A stretch of 64,000 nucleotides of DNA from an uncultured Rhodanobacteraceae bacterium (GTDB lineage Bacteria; Pseudomonadota; Gammaproteobacteria; Xanthomonadales; SZUA-5): NCBI GenBank assembly GCA_937928755.1, contig CALEZI010000101.1, forward strand, positions 30,509 through 94,508, in the 5' to 3' direction. Of this stretch, positions 56,001-64,000 are shown one piece after another. The notes below the pieces were generated by a model that had not been told where the DNA came from, did not search any database, and was given only the letters and a program-made list of their open reading frames with translations. The stretch's first letter is position 1; every line of letters begins with the position of its first letter. The position numbers and the translations under genes were made by a program.

Positions 56001-59000
56001 GCTATGGCGGTGGCGGCGGTGGCGCCGGGGCTGGCGACGGTGGCAACGGCGGCTTCGGCGGTGGCGGTGGTGGCGGCTCGAGTGGTGGCACGGCCGGCTT
56101 CGGTGGTGGCAGTGGCGCGGGCGGCTACCAGGGCGGTGGCGGCGGCGCTGGTCTGGGCGCCGCGGTATTCGTGCGGCAGGGGGCGACGCTTGAGATTCTC
56201 GGCGCTACCGGCTTCACCGGCGGCGCCGTATCCGGCGGCAGCGCCGGTACGGGCGCGGTCTCGGGTCAGGGGATCGGTACCGTTGGGTTCCTTGCCGGCA
56301 ATCTGACGTGGACGGTGCCCAGTGGCCAGACAGTGACACTGGGAGCAGGGCAGACCCTCGGCGGCGGCAGCGGTTCGCTGGTCAGCGGCGGCCTGACCAA
56401 GAGCGGCCCCGGCACCCTGGTGCTGAACGGCGGCACCAACTACGTGGGTCCAACCACAGTGGCGGCCGGCCAACTGCAGATCAACGGCAGTTCGCTGGGA
56501 ACCGGCGCAATCAGCGTGGCCAACGGCGCCACCCTGGCCGGCACCGGTACGCTCAGTGGTGCCACCAGTGTGGCCAGTGGTGGCACCCTGGCCCCGGGTC
56601 AGGGTGCGCCGGGCCGTCTCAACGCGGCCAGTGTGAGCCTGGTGGCAGGAGCTACCTTCGCCGCCGAGATCGCCGGCGCCACGGTCGCCACCCAGTACGA
56701 CCAGCTCGACATCACCGGCACGATCAATCTCGGCGGTGCCACTCTGGCGCTGTCCGGCGCGTTTGTGCCCACCAGCGGGCAGAGCTTCGTGCTGATCGAC
56801 AACGACGGCGTCGATGCGGTGAGCGGCACCTTCGCCGGCCTGGCGCAGGGCGCCACGCTGGTCTTCAATGGCGTCAACTTGACCATTGACTACAGCGGCG
56901 GCGACGGCAATGACGTGGTGCTCGGCGTGGTGCCCAACCCCTCCGTCAGCATCGCAGTGTCTCCCGCCAGCGTGCTCGAAGACGGCGCCACCACCCTGAG
57001 CTTCACCGTTACCCGCAGCCCCAGCCTGCCGACGGCCACCACGGTCAACATCAGCACCGGAGGCACCGCGACCTCAGGGCTCGACTACACCGGCGCAGTG
57101 GCAACCGTGGTGATTCTGGCCAATGCCACGACCGCGACGATCACCATCGACCCCACGCCGGACTCCACCATTGAGCCGGATGAAACCGTGATCCTGACAG
57201 TCGAACCCGGCAGCGGCTACACCGTGGGCAGCCCGTCCAGCGCCACCGGCACGATTCAGAACGACGACGCCGACTTCACCGTCACCACCACCGCCAACAG
57301 CATCGTGGTCACCGACAGCAGCAGCAACGGCAGCACGCTGCAGGCCAGCGAGCCGTCGGCCAACAACCTGCGTTTCGATGCCGCCGGCCGGACTTTCAGC
57401 GTCAACGGCGGCGCCCCGATCAGCGGCAATTCCGGCAACCTTGCGCTGGCCGGGATCACCAGCATCAGCGTCAATGCGACGGGCGGCGTCTCAGTGGCCA
57501 GCGGTGCCAGCTTCAACATCGGCGCCTCGACCTATGCCTCGGCCAGTTCGATCACGCTGGCGGGCGGCACGCTGAATACCACCGGCACCACGGCGATCGT
57601 CAACGCGCCGATCGTGCTGACGGCCGACAGCGACGTGGCCGGCACCATGACGCTGTCGGGCGCCATCAGCGGCGACTTCACGCTGCGCACATTCGGCTCC
57701 GGCAACTACCGCTTCGCCAGCACCGCCAGCACCTTTGCCCGTCTGCAGATCACGTCCGGCACGGTGCTGTTGGCGGGCAACAACACCCTGCCGCCGCAGA
57801 TCGACATTTTCAATTCCTCCTCCTTCGATCTGAATGGTTTCAGCCAGACGGTCGACTTCTACGCCAGCAGCGGTAGTACCCTGAACACCGGCGTGGCCGC
57901 CAACCTGAGCATCGGGATGGCCGGCAGCGCGTCGAGCTTCGGCTCCGCCAATTACACCGGCCAAATCAGCGGCCCGATCAACCTGACCATCGCCGCAGGC
58001 GCCGACCAGACCCTCGGCAGCAACAGCAGCAGCTATACCGGCACCACCAATGTGCTTGGCACGCTCCGCATCACTGGCATCAACGCGCTGGGCGCCACCG
58101 GTGCCGGCAATGGCACCACGGTCGCGGCCACTGGCGTGCTCGATTTTCGCAATGTGGGCTATGCCGGCAGTGAGTCGCTGACAGTGAATGGCGGAACATT
58201 GACGACAGGCACTGGCGTCAGCAGCTTCCCGGGGTCCATTGTCCTGAACACCAGCTCTGCCATTTTCAGCGTCGTGGGCAGTAGCACGCTGACCCTCGGT
58301 GGCGTGATCAGCGGCAGCCAGGGTTTCGACAAGACGGACGGTGGAACATTGGTCTTGACGCAGGCCAATACCTTCAACGGCCCAATCGTGAGCAGTCTTG
58401 GCAATCTGAGACTCATCGGGAGCACCGCGGTATCCAGCGCCGTGACCATCAACAATGGCACGCTCTCAGGCACCGGCACGATAGGTGGCCCCTTGAGCAT
58501 GAGCGATGGCAATTTGTCTCCCGGCGTGGCCGCGACCACCGGGATCCTGCATACCGCCAATGTGGTGCTGGCGCCGGCGGCCATCAATGTCTTACTCGAC
58601 ATCACTGGCCCCACGCTGGGCAGCGAGTACGACCAACTCGACGTCAACGGCACGATCGACCTCGGCAGCGCCAACTTGCTCGTGGGCGGCAGCTTCGTAC
58701 CCAGCATCGGCCAGAGCTTCACCGTGATCGACAATGACGGCAGCGATGCAGTGACCGGCACCTTCGCCGGCCTGCCGGAAGGCGCAACCCGCGTTTTCAA
58801 CGGCGTACCGCTGGTCATCAGCTATGTGGGTGGCGACGGCAACGATGTGGTGCTGACCGCGGTACCGATTCTGGTCAGTATCGCGGTGGCACCGACCTCG
58901 GTGCTGGAAGATGGTCCTGACAATCTGGTCTTCACGGTCACGCGCAGCGTGAGTCTGCCGACGGCGACGTCCGTGAACATCACCACCGGCGGTACCGCGA

Positions 59001-62000
59001 CCGCCGGCACCGACTACACCGGCAATGTCGCGACCGTGACGATTCCGGCCAATGTCACGACTGCGACGATCACCATCGACCCGACCCCGGACAGCACGGT
59101 GGAGCCGGATGAAACCGTGATTCTGACCGTCGCGCCGGGCAGCGGTTACACGGTGGGCAGCCCGGATAGCGCCACCGGGACGATCCAGAACGACGACGAC
59201 CCCTGCGCGACGTTTACCTTCCCCTACACACTGGTGGGTGCCGACAACACGGCGCGGGTGACCAACCTGCGTCAGGCGATCGAGTGCGCGAACCTCAACG
59301 GTAGCGCCGATGTCATCGACCTGAACGGCCAGACCTTGACCCTGACGAATGCCTTTGCCGACTACTCCGGCGGCACCGCCCTGCCGGAGATCACCAGCGT
59401 GCTGACGCTGCGCAACGGGACGCTGCTGCGCGACAGCGGCGCGCCGCAGTTCCGCTTCCTGGCGATGAATGCCGCGGCCGATCTCGTCCTCGATGGGATC
59501 ACGCTGCAGGGAGGCAACCTGGCGACCGGCACCGCGGGCGCGATCAGAAACACGTCGGGTGACCTGACCCTGATCAACAGCTCGGTCATCGGCAGCAATG
59601 CCGAATTCTCCGGCGCGATCTACCATGAGATCGGTGAGCTCACGATCATCGACAGCGTGCTGTCGGGGAACACCACCGAAAAGAACGGCATCCTCACCAA
59701 TGGGGAAGGCACCGTCACGATCATCGACAGTACCTTGTCCGGCAACACCCAGTCGCTTGCGTCCAATTCCGCGGGCGTGCTGTTCAACTTCCAGGCGACG
59801 GCCATCGTCCTGGGCAGCACCTTCTCGGGCAACAGCACCGGGGGCGGCGGCGGCGCGATCCACAACTTCTTCGGAACCGTGCACATCGCGAACAGCGCCT
59901 TCGCCGGCAACACTGCCAGCTCTTTCGGTGGTGCCCTGCTCAACAACAACGGCACGATGACGGTTGCCAACAGCCGGATCACCGGTAACGCGGCCGGCAA
60001 TCTCGGTGGCGGCCTGCGCAACCAGGGCGGCTCGCTGACTGTGAGCAACAGCACGATCGCCAGCAACAGCGCGCCCACCGGCGGCGGCATGTCGATCACC
60101 TCCGGCACCTCGTCGTTGGTCAACAGCATCTTGTGGGGGAACAGCACCACCGACACCCTGACGGGGACGATAGTCAGCTACAGCATCGTCGAGGGCGGTG
60201 CTGCCGGCACCGGCAATCTCGACGCGGATCCGCTGTTCGTCGCGCCGGTCGGCTTTGCCTCGGCCCCGACCAGTGCCGGCGACTACCGCTTGCAGAGCTA
60301 CAGCCCGGCCACCGACGCGGGCGCCAACGCGGCGGTGCCGGTCGACACCTTTGACGTCAACGGCAACAGCAATACCAGCGAGGACGCCCCCGACCGTGCC
60401 GGCAATCCGCGGCGCTACAACGATGCCGGGGTTCCGGACACCGGGCTTGGCACGGCGCCGATCGTCGACATGGGCGCTTATGAGCGGCAGACCGATACGC
60501 CCTTCCAGGCCGATCTCTCCATCACCAAGACGGACGGCCAGACCTCCGACGTACCGGGCACCTCGATCACCTACACCGTCGTGGCCAGCAATGCCGGCCC
60601 GGTGGCGGTGGCGAGTGCGACGGTGGCGGACACCTTCCCGGCCAGCATCACGGGTGTGACCTGGACCTGCGTGGGCGCGGGTGGCGGCACCTGTCCGGCC
60701 TCGGGCAGCGGCAACCTCAACGCCAGCGTTGACTTGCCGGTGAGCGGCACAGTGACCTTCACGGTGACCGGTACGATCAGTGCGGCGGCGACCGGGACCT
60801 TGAGCAACACGGCGACGGTGAGTTCGGCGGTGACCGACCCGAACCCGGGCAACAACAGCGCCACCGACACCACCACGCTGACGCCACAGGCTGATCTCTC
60901 CATCACCAAGACCGACGGCCAGACCACGGCGATTCCAGGCACCTCGATCACCTACACCATCGTGGCCAGCAATGCGGGTCCGAGCAATGTGGCCAGCGCA
61001 ACGGTGGCGGACACCTTCCCGGCGAGCATCACGGGCGTGACCTGGACCTGCGTGGGCGCGGGTGGTGGCAGCTGCCCGGCCTCGGGCAGCGGCAACCTCA
61101 GCGCGACGGTCGGCCTGCCGGCGGGCGGCAGCGTGAGCTTCACGGTGACCGGCACGATCAGCGCTTCGGCGACGGGAACCTTGAGCAACACGGCGACGGT
61201 GACGTCGGCGGTGACCGACCCGAGCCCGACAAATAACAGCGCCACGGACACCAGCACGCTGGTCGGCCTGCCACAGTTGAGTATCAATGACGTCAGCGCC
61301 AACGAGGGCAACAGCGGGACCACGCAGTTCGAGTTCATCGTGAGCCTGTCCAGCCCCGCGCTGGCGGGCGGCGTCAGCTTCGACATCGCAACGGCTAATG
61401 GCACGGCGATCGCGGGCAGCGACTACCAGAGCCGCTCGCTGACGGGTCAGACGATTGCGCAGGGTCAGTCCAGCTACAGCTTCACGGTGCTGGTCAACGG
61501 CGACACCGTGCAGGAGCCGAACGAGACCTTCTTCGTCAACGTGACGAATGTGGTCGGCGCCAGTGTGCTGGACGGGCAGGGGCAGGGCAGCATCACCAAC
61601 GACGATCTCGCCGGGATCACGGTCAGCCCGACCACCGGCCTGATCACGACCGAAGCCGGCGGCACCGCCACTTTCACGGTGGTGCTCAACAGTCAGCCCG
61701 CAGCCAATGTCAGCATTGCGCTGAGCAGTTCTGACCTAAGCGAAGGCACGGTCGCCCCGAGCAGCCTGACCTTCACCTCGGGCAACTGGTCCAATCCGCA
61801 GACCGTCACCGTCACCGGTGTGAATGATCTGATCGACGACGGCAACATCGCCTACTCGATCATCACCGACGCCGCGACCAGCGCCGACGCCAACTACAGC
61901 GGCGTCAACCCGGATAACGTCTCGGTCAGCAACACCGATGACGATGCAGCGGCCTTGCTGATCAGCCCGTTGACGGTGAATGTGACCGAAGGCGGAGCGA

Positions 62001-64000
62001 CCGATACCTATACCGTGGCGCTCGCAAGTGAACCGGTGATCGATGCGGTGCTTGAGCTGAGCTTTGGTGGACAAGTGATGCTCAGCACCAATGGCACCGA
62101 TTTTTTCACCTCGCCGGTGCTGCTGACCTTTACCAGCGCGAACTGGAATTCGCCGCGCACCGTCACCGTTCGCGCAGTGGATGATGCGGTGGTCGAAGGT
62201 CCGCACAACACCGATATCGACCATGAAGTGTTGAGTGGTGACGGCGCCTACACCAGCCTTCCGATCACCAGCGTCAACGCCAACATCACCGACAACGACG
62301 CGGCTGGCGTTGCGATCACGCAGACCGGCGGTGCCAATGCCGTCAGCGAGTCTGGCGGCACTGACACCTACACCATCGTGCTCGGCAGTCAGCCGACGGC
62401 CACGGTCAATCTGGCGATCAGCTTCCCGGCCAGCGAACTGACCCTCAATGGCGATACCGACGGCACCTACAACACCACGTTCACCACCGCGAACTGGGCT
62501 ACGCCGCAGATCATCACCCTCGCGGCGGTCAACGACCGTGCGCTGGAGGGCGACCACAGCGGCACCCTGACGCATGTCTTCAGCAGCAGCGACGCGACTT
62601 ACAACGGCGTCACGGCGAATGTCGATGGTGGCGCGGCCAGCAACAGTCTGACGGTGGCGATCAGCGACAATGAATCGGCAGTGCTCGAATGGGTGCCGAC
62701 CAGCGGCAGTGCGAGCGAAGGCAGCAGCAATATGACATCGGTGCGCCTCGATATCACCGCCGATCCGGTCGGCGGCACGCCGACGCTGGACGGCAGCATC
62801 AGCTACACGTTGACGCCGAGTTTCGGCACGGCGGAGGCGGCGGATATCGGCGCCATCAGCGGTTCCTTGTCCTTTACCAATGTCAGTGATCTGGCGAGCA
62901 ATGCGATCAGCATTGCGCACCTGACGGACACGCTGGTCGAAGGGCCGGAGTTGTATTCGCTGGCGATCACGCTGGGCGCAGCGCCGCTGGGAACCACGGC
63001 ATCGGCGACGCCGTTTACCGGCACCATCCTCGACGCCAACAGCGCCACCGTCACCTTGAGTGGCAGCGCGACGGTGAGCGAGGCGATCGGCAGTACCGGA
63101 CTCACGGTGAGCTTGAACACCGGCGCCGGCAATACGCTGGAGAACGCCGTGAGCGTGGCCATCGATCTGGCCGACGGCACCGCGACTTACGCCGGCGGCA
63201 CGGGCGACTACTTCTTCAATGGGCCGAACAACACGGTCACGGTGAACTTCCCGGCGGGAGCCGCCAACGCTTCCACGCAGAGTGCGTTGGTCAATATCCG
63301 CGAAGATGTCTTGGTCGAAGGCACCGAGTCCTTCAGCGCCATCCTGGGCGCGGTCACCGGTGCAGCCGTCGCATCGGGCGGCCCGGTCCCCATCACCATC
63401 ACCGACAACGATATCGCGGTGGTGAGTTTCCAGAGCCCGAACAGTTCTGTCAGTGAGGCGAGCACACCGCACAGCGTGAATGCCGTGCTGACGATCACCG
63501 CAGTGGGCTCAGGCACGCCATCGCTGAGTTCGCCGATCACCGTGCCGGTCACGCAAACGCCGGGAACGGCGGCGACACCTGCCGACTACACGGTACCGAC
63601 CGTCAGCGTCGCCTTCGCCGCAGCGACGCAAAGCGCGGCGACCCGACCGATCAACATCGCCATCGTCGACGATGCGATCAGCGAAGCCGACGAGAACTTC
63701 AGCCTGGGATTTGGTGCCGTCAGCGGTCCGGGCACGGCAGTGGGCAGCCATGTCGTGACCATCCTCGACAACGACAACCCCGGCATCACGGTCACCGAAA
63801 GTGCCGGCAACACAATGGTGGCTGAAGGCGGCGCCAGCGACAGTTACACGGTGGTGCTGAACAGCCAGCCGAGCGCCAATGTCAGCATCAATATCGCCTT
63901 CGATCCGGCGCAGTTGATCCTGAATGGCGACACCGACGGTGCGCTGAGCTTGCTCTTCACTACGAGCAACTGGAATCAGGCGCAGACGGTCACGGTCGCG
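53093..64000 (+). CDS. giant secreted repeat protein (5' 3,636 codons; 3' end outside window): signal peptide, unknown N-domain, GEVED, beta-helix with Gly block, PATR arrays, Calx-beta, choice-of-anchor-Q-like helix, DUF11 x2, Calx-beta/cadherin-like repeats
   Basis: Hand translation of the frame with position mod 3 = 2. ATG 53093 follows an in-frame TAA at 53084. No frame-2 stop was met, and no frame-2 ORF appears in the track from there to 64000, which ends on a codon boundary. Motifs: SGEVEDY (54689..54706), GGLTKSGPGTLVLNGGTNY, GGDGNDVVL, ADLSITKTDGQ, EPDETVILTV, DPLF..GDYRL..SPATDAG..DMGAYE. Confidence 0.9.
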   Translation, partial: MSLQLQNTNLDSSHGRASVQVNARGVSAGRPGEGAFARHGWQRWRTILAAGCALLGMSLAHAAQVQHLNTQTATASGAGATGTPSIASFNIPSGKNRVLFIWPTFERDHCSPTDASNGFCNSGNTAGFGLGDNWPEPRTGTPPSTTSNNQLTARVVGPGGTINKQNALVIGGTPSGDTRFINISSSPSGSPAGTAYFGLSSFHIVLFENEINTLLDGAASGTVSISLPDTSTPSNAGDDALLIASVYQNVEQTVTGFVRNATATAQVTLGTPGNSSLAPAAYDAGQAPDEADDGKLVMGTSSSTEGFVTPAGHVALATLSVTNAGGTYDAPVDNVNNEPNGLSGAGYFRNGGATPGSLYTLQLGGTAATLTHGATNASFLLESDNADVGDAPISYGNPTHTLSGIRLGASVDADSALLNGPNATGDDTNNTDDENGVNVPPLLPVGDTAVLPVSIQNAGGFLNAWFDWNADGDFNDTGEQVVSNQAVAVGTVNLNIAVPSTATSGPTFVRFRVCSNNTATDNCATPVGTVQSGEVEDYQLSLARALTLSKTTLGGFAGPFGFTLTNTLQTTGSVSTTAAASPTQVDGNTSAAGTQVYAIVSSASAVAITESSIPADWSLTSVACTNASGTSVGSLAGSTYTITSAEIAASGSFSCNFTNTLSGSDLVVTTLADNVAAPPVGSLRAVLNSANALGSAASVTFNISGGGTINLAGALPILRNPNGISIDGSNGGQGAIVIDGGSSSATTGDRIFLLGVRGSDNTGLTATPGANWTISNLTLQNGNARGGAGGTGSSISGGWSGGGGGAGLGGAILVNEGSATLSNVQLLNNRATGGNGGILSAAVAEGGSGAGGGMGGNGGNGSFYNAGGGGGFGLGADGGVGSGGAGSAGLLTGALAGGAGSGSGFGAGGSNGGGGGGSNANQNGGGGGPGGEAGTTGGPPGGAGKGGNGAFGGGGGAGGGNNTQLGGFGGYGGGGGGAGAGDGGNGGFGGGGGGGSSGGTAGFGGGSGAGGYQGGGGGAGLGAAVFVRQGATLEILGATGFTGGAVSGGSAGTGAVSGQGIGTVGFLAGNLTWTVPSGQTVTLGAGQTLGGGSGSLVSGGLTKSGPGTLVLNGGTNYVGPTTVAAGQLQINGSSLGTGAISVANGATLAGTGTLSGATSVASGGTLAPGQGAPGRLNAASVSLVAGATFAAEIAGATVATQYDQLDITGTINLGGATLALSGAFVPTSGQSFVLIDNDGVDAVSGTFAGLAQGATLVFNGVNLTIDYSGGDGNDVVLGVVPNPSVSIAVSPASVLEDGATTLSFTVTRSPSLPTATTVNISTGGTATSGLDYTGAVATVVILANATTATITIDPTPDSTIEPDETVILTVEPGSGYTVGSPSSATGTIQNDDADFTVTTTANSIVVTDSSSNGSTLQASEPSANNLRFDAAGRTFSVNGGAPISGNSGNLALAGITSISVNATGGVSVASGASFNIGASTYASASSITLAGGTLNTTGTTAIVNAPIVLTADSDVAGTMTLSGAISGDFTLRTFGSGNYRFASTASTFARLQITSGTVLLAGNNTLPPQIDIFNSSSFDLNGFSQTVDFYASSGSTLNTGVAANLSIGMAGSASSFGSANYTGQISGPINLTIAAGADQTLGSNSSSYTGTTNVLGTLRITGINALGATGAGNGTTVAATGVLDFRNVGYAGSESLTVNGGTLTTGTGVSSFPGSIVLNTSSAIFSVVGSSTLTLGGVISGSQGFDKTDGGTLVLTQANTFNGPIVSSLGNLRLIGSTAVSSAVTINNGTLSGTGTIGGPLSMSDGNLSPGVAATTGILHTANVVLAPAAINVLLDITGPTLGSEYDQLDVNGTIDLGSANLLVGGSFVPSIGQSFTVIDNDGSDAVTGTFAGLPEGATRVFNGVPLVISYVGGDGNDVVLTAVPILVSIAVAPTSVLEDGPDNLVFTVTRSVSLPTATSVNITTGGTATAGTDYTGNVATVTIPANVTTATITIDPTPDSTVEPDETVILTVAPGSGYTVGSPDSATGTIQNDDDPCATFTFPYTLVGADNTARVTNLRQAIECANLNGSADVIDLNGQTLTLTNAFADYSGGTALPEITSVLTLRNGTLLRDSGAPQFRFLAMNAAADLVLDGITLQGGNLATGTAGAIRNTSGDLTLINSSVIGSNAEFSGAIYHEIGELTIIDSVLSGNTTEKNGILTNGEGTVTIIDSTLSGNTQSLASNSAGVLFNFQATAIVLGSTFSGNSTGGGGGAIHNFFGTVHIANSAFAGNTASSFGGALLNNNGTMTVANSRITGNAAGNLGGGLRNQGGSLTVSNSTIASNSAPTGGGMSITSGTSSLVNSILWGNSTTDTLTGTIVSYSIVEGGAAGTGNLDADPLFVAPVGFASAPTSAGDYRLQSYSPATDAGANAAVPVDTFDVNGNSNTSEDAPDRAGNPRRYNDAGVPDTGLGTAPIVDMGAYERQTDTPFQADLSITKTDGQTSDVPGTSITYTVVASNAGPVAVASATVADTFPASITGVTWTCVGAGGGTCPASGSGNLNASVDLPVSGTVTFTVTGTISAAATGTLSNTATVSSAVTDPNPGNNSATDTTTLTPQADLSITKTDGQTTAIPGTSITYTIVASNAGPSNVASATVADTFPASITGVTWTCVGAGGGSCPASGSGNLSATVGLPAGGSVSFTVTGTISASATGTLSNTATVTSAVTDPSPTNNSATDTSTLVGLPQLSINDVSANEGNSGTTQFEFIVSLSSPALAGGVSFDIATANGTAIAGSDYQSRSLTGQTIAQGQSSYSFTVLVNGDTVQEPNETFFVNVTNVVGASVLDGQGQGSITNDDLAGITVSPTTGLITTEAGGTATFTVVLNSQPAANVSIALSSSDLSEGTVAPSSLTFTSGNWSNPQTVTVTGVNDLIDDGNIAYSIITDAATSADANYSGVNPDNVSVSNTDDDAAALLISPLTVNVTEGGATDTYTVALASEPVIDAVLELSFGGQVMLSTNGTDFFTSPVLLTFTSANWNSPRTVTVRAVDDAVVEGPHNTDIDHEVLSGDGAYTSLPITSVNANITDNDAAGVAITQTGGANAVSESGGTDTYTIVLGSQPTATVNLAISFPASELTLNGDTDGTYNTTFTTANWATPQIITLAAVNDRALEGDHSGTLTHVFSSSDATYNGVTANVDGGAASNSLTVAISDNESAVLEWVPTSGSASEGSSNMTSVRLDITADPVGGTPTLDGSISYTLTPSFGTAEAADIGAISGSLSFTNVSDLASNAISIAHLTDTLVEGPELYSLAITLGAAPLGTTASATPFTGTILDANSATVTLSGSATVSEAIGSTGLTVSLNTGAGNTLENAVSVAIDLADGTATYAGGTGDYFFNGPNNTVTVNFPAGAANASTQSALVNIREDVLVEGTESFSAILGAVTGAAVASGGPVPITITDNDIAVVSFQSPNSSVSEASTPHSVNAVLTITAVGSGTPSLSSPITVPVTQTPGTAATPADYTVPTVSVAFAAATQSAATRPINIAIVDDAISEADENFSLGFGAVSGPGTAVGSHVVTILDNDNPGITVTESAGNTMVAEGGASDSYTVVLNSQPSANVSINIAFDPAQLILNGDTDGALSLLFTTSNWNQAQTVTVA

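Noticed and set aside
54953-56473. Minus-strand ORFs inside the giant gene region (54953..56473, 58592..59884, 61736..63472, 54880..55671 and others).
   Set aside because: They are antisense shadows of the plus-strand repeat protein. The translations are Ala/Gly/Arg runs with no motifs, whereas the plus frame gives recognisable Calx-beta/DUF11/PATR domains.

Overview
Visibly GC-rich gammaproteobacterial chromosome segment. Gene order and repeat type look Xanthomonadales/Lysobacterales-like, which is inference only because no search was run. I call about 50 protein genes, 2 tRNAs, 2 gene relics and many intergenic palindromic repeats. There is no rRNA, CRISPR, transposase or integrase. Conserved housekeeping blocks are uvrB; thrS-infC-rpmI-rplT-pheS-pheT-ihfA-merR-like-tRNA-Pro; and yhbY / rlmE-ftsH-folP-glmM. 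Also present are pckG, fadE, pip, gloA, rlmC and creBC. Less ordinary content: (1) a giant open frame of more than 3,636 codons (53093 to the window end) that is missing from the ORF track because it has no stop here. It is a mosaic of GEVED, autotransporter-associated beta-strand repeats, a glycine block, Calx-beta, DUF11 and beta-helix modules. (2) A translationally coupled PspA-like / membrane protein / periplasmic vWA operon, divergent from an OmpR-type two-component system, with a GTTTAC-N5-GTTTAC site in between. (3) An orphan radical SAM/SPASM gene whose 3' end overlaps creC, next to a relic of a DUF393 gene. (4) Leader or attenuator-like structures before thrS and pheS, and a non-canonical ATA start for infC. 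(5) At least four families of hairpin repeats (REP/SMAG-like and MITE-like). (6) Several secreted proteins of unclear function, including one with a TIMP-like CSC N-terminus, an ECF-linked dioxygenase-like fusion and a CpcT-like lipoprotein. Product calls rest on motifs I recognise in the translations. Start codons were refined by hand from the ORF track. No database search was possible.
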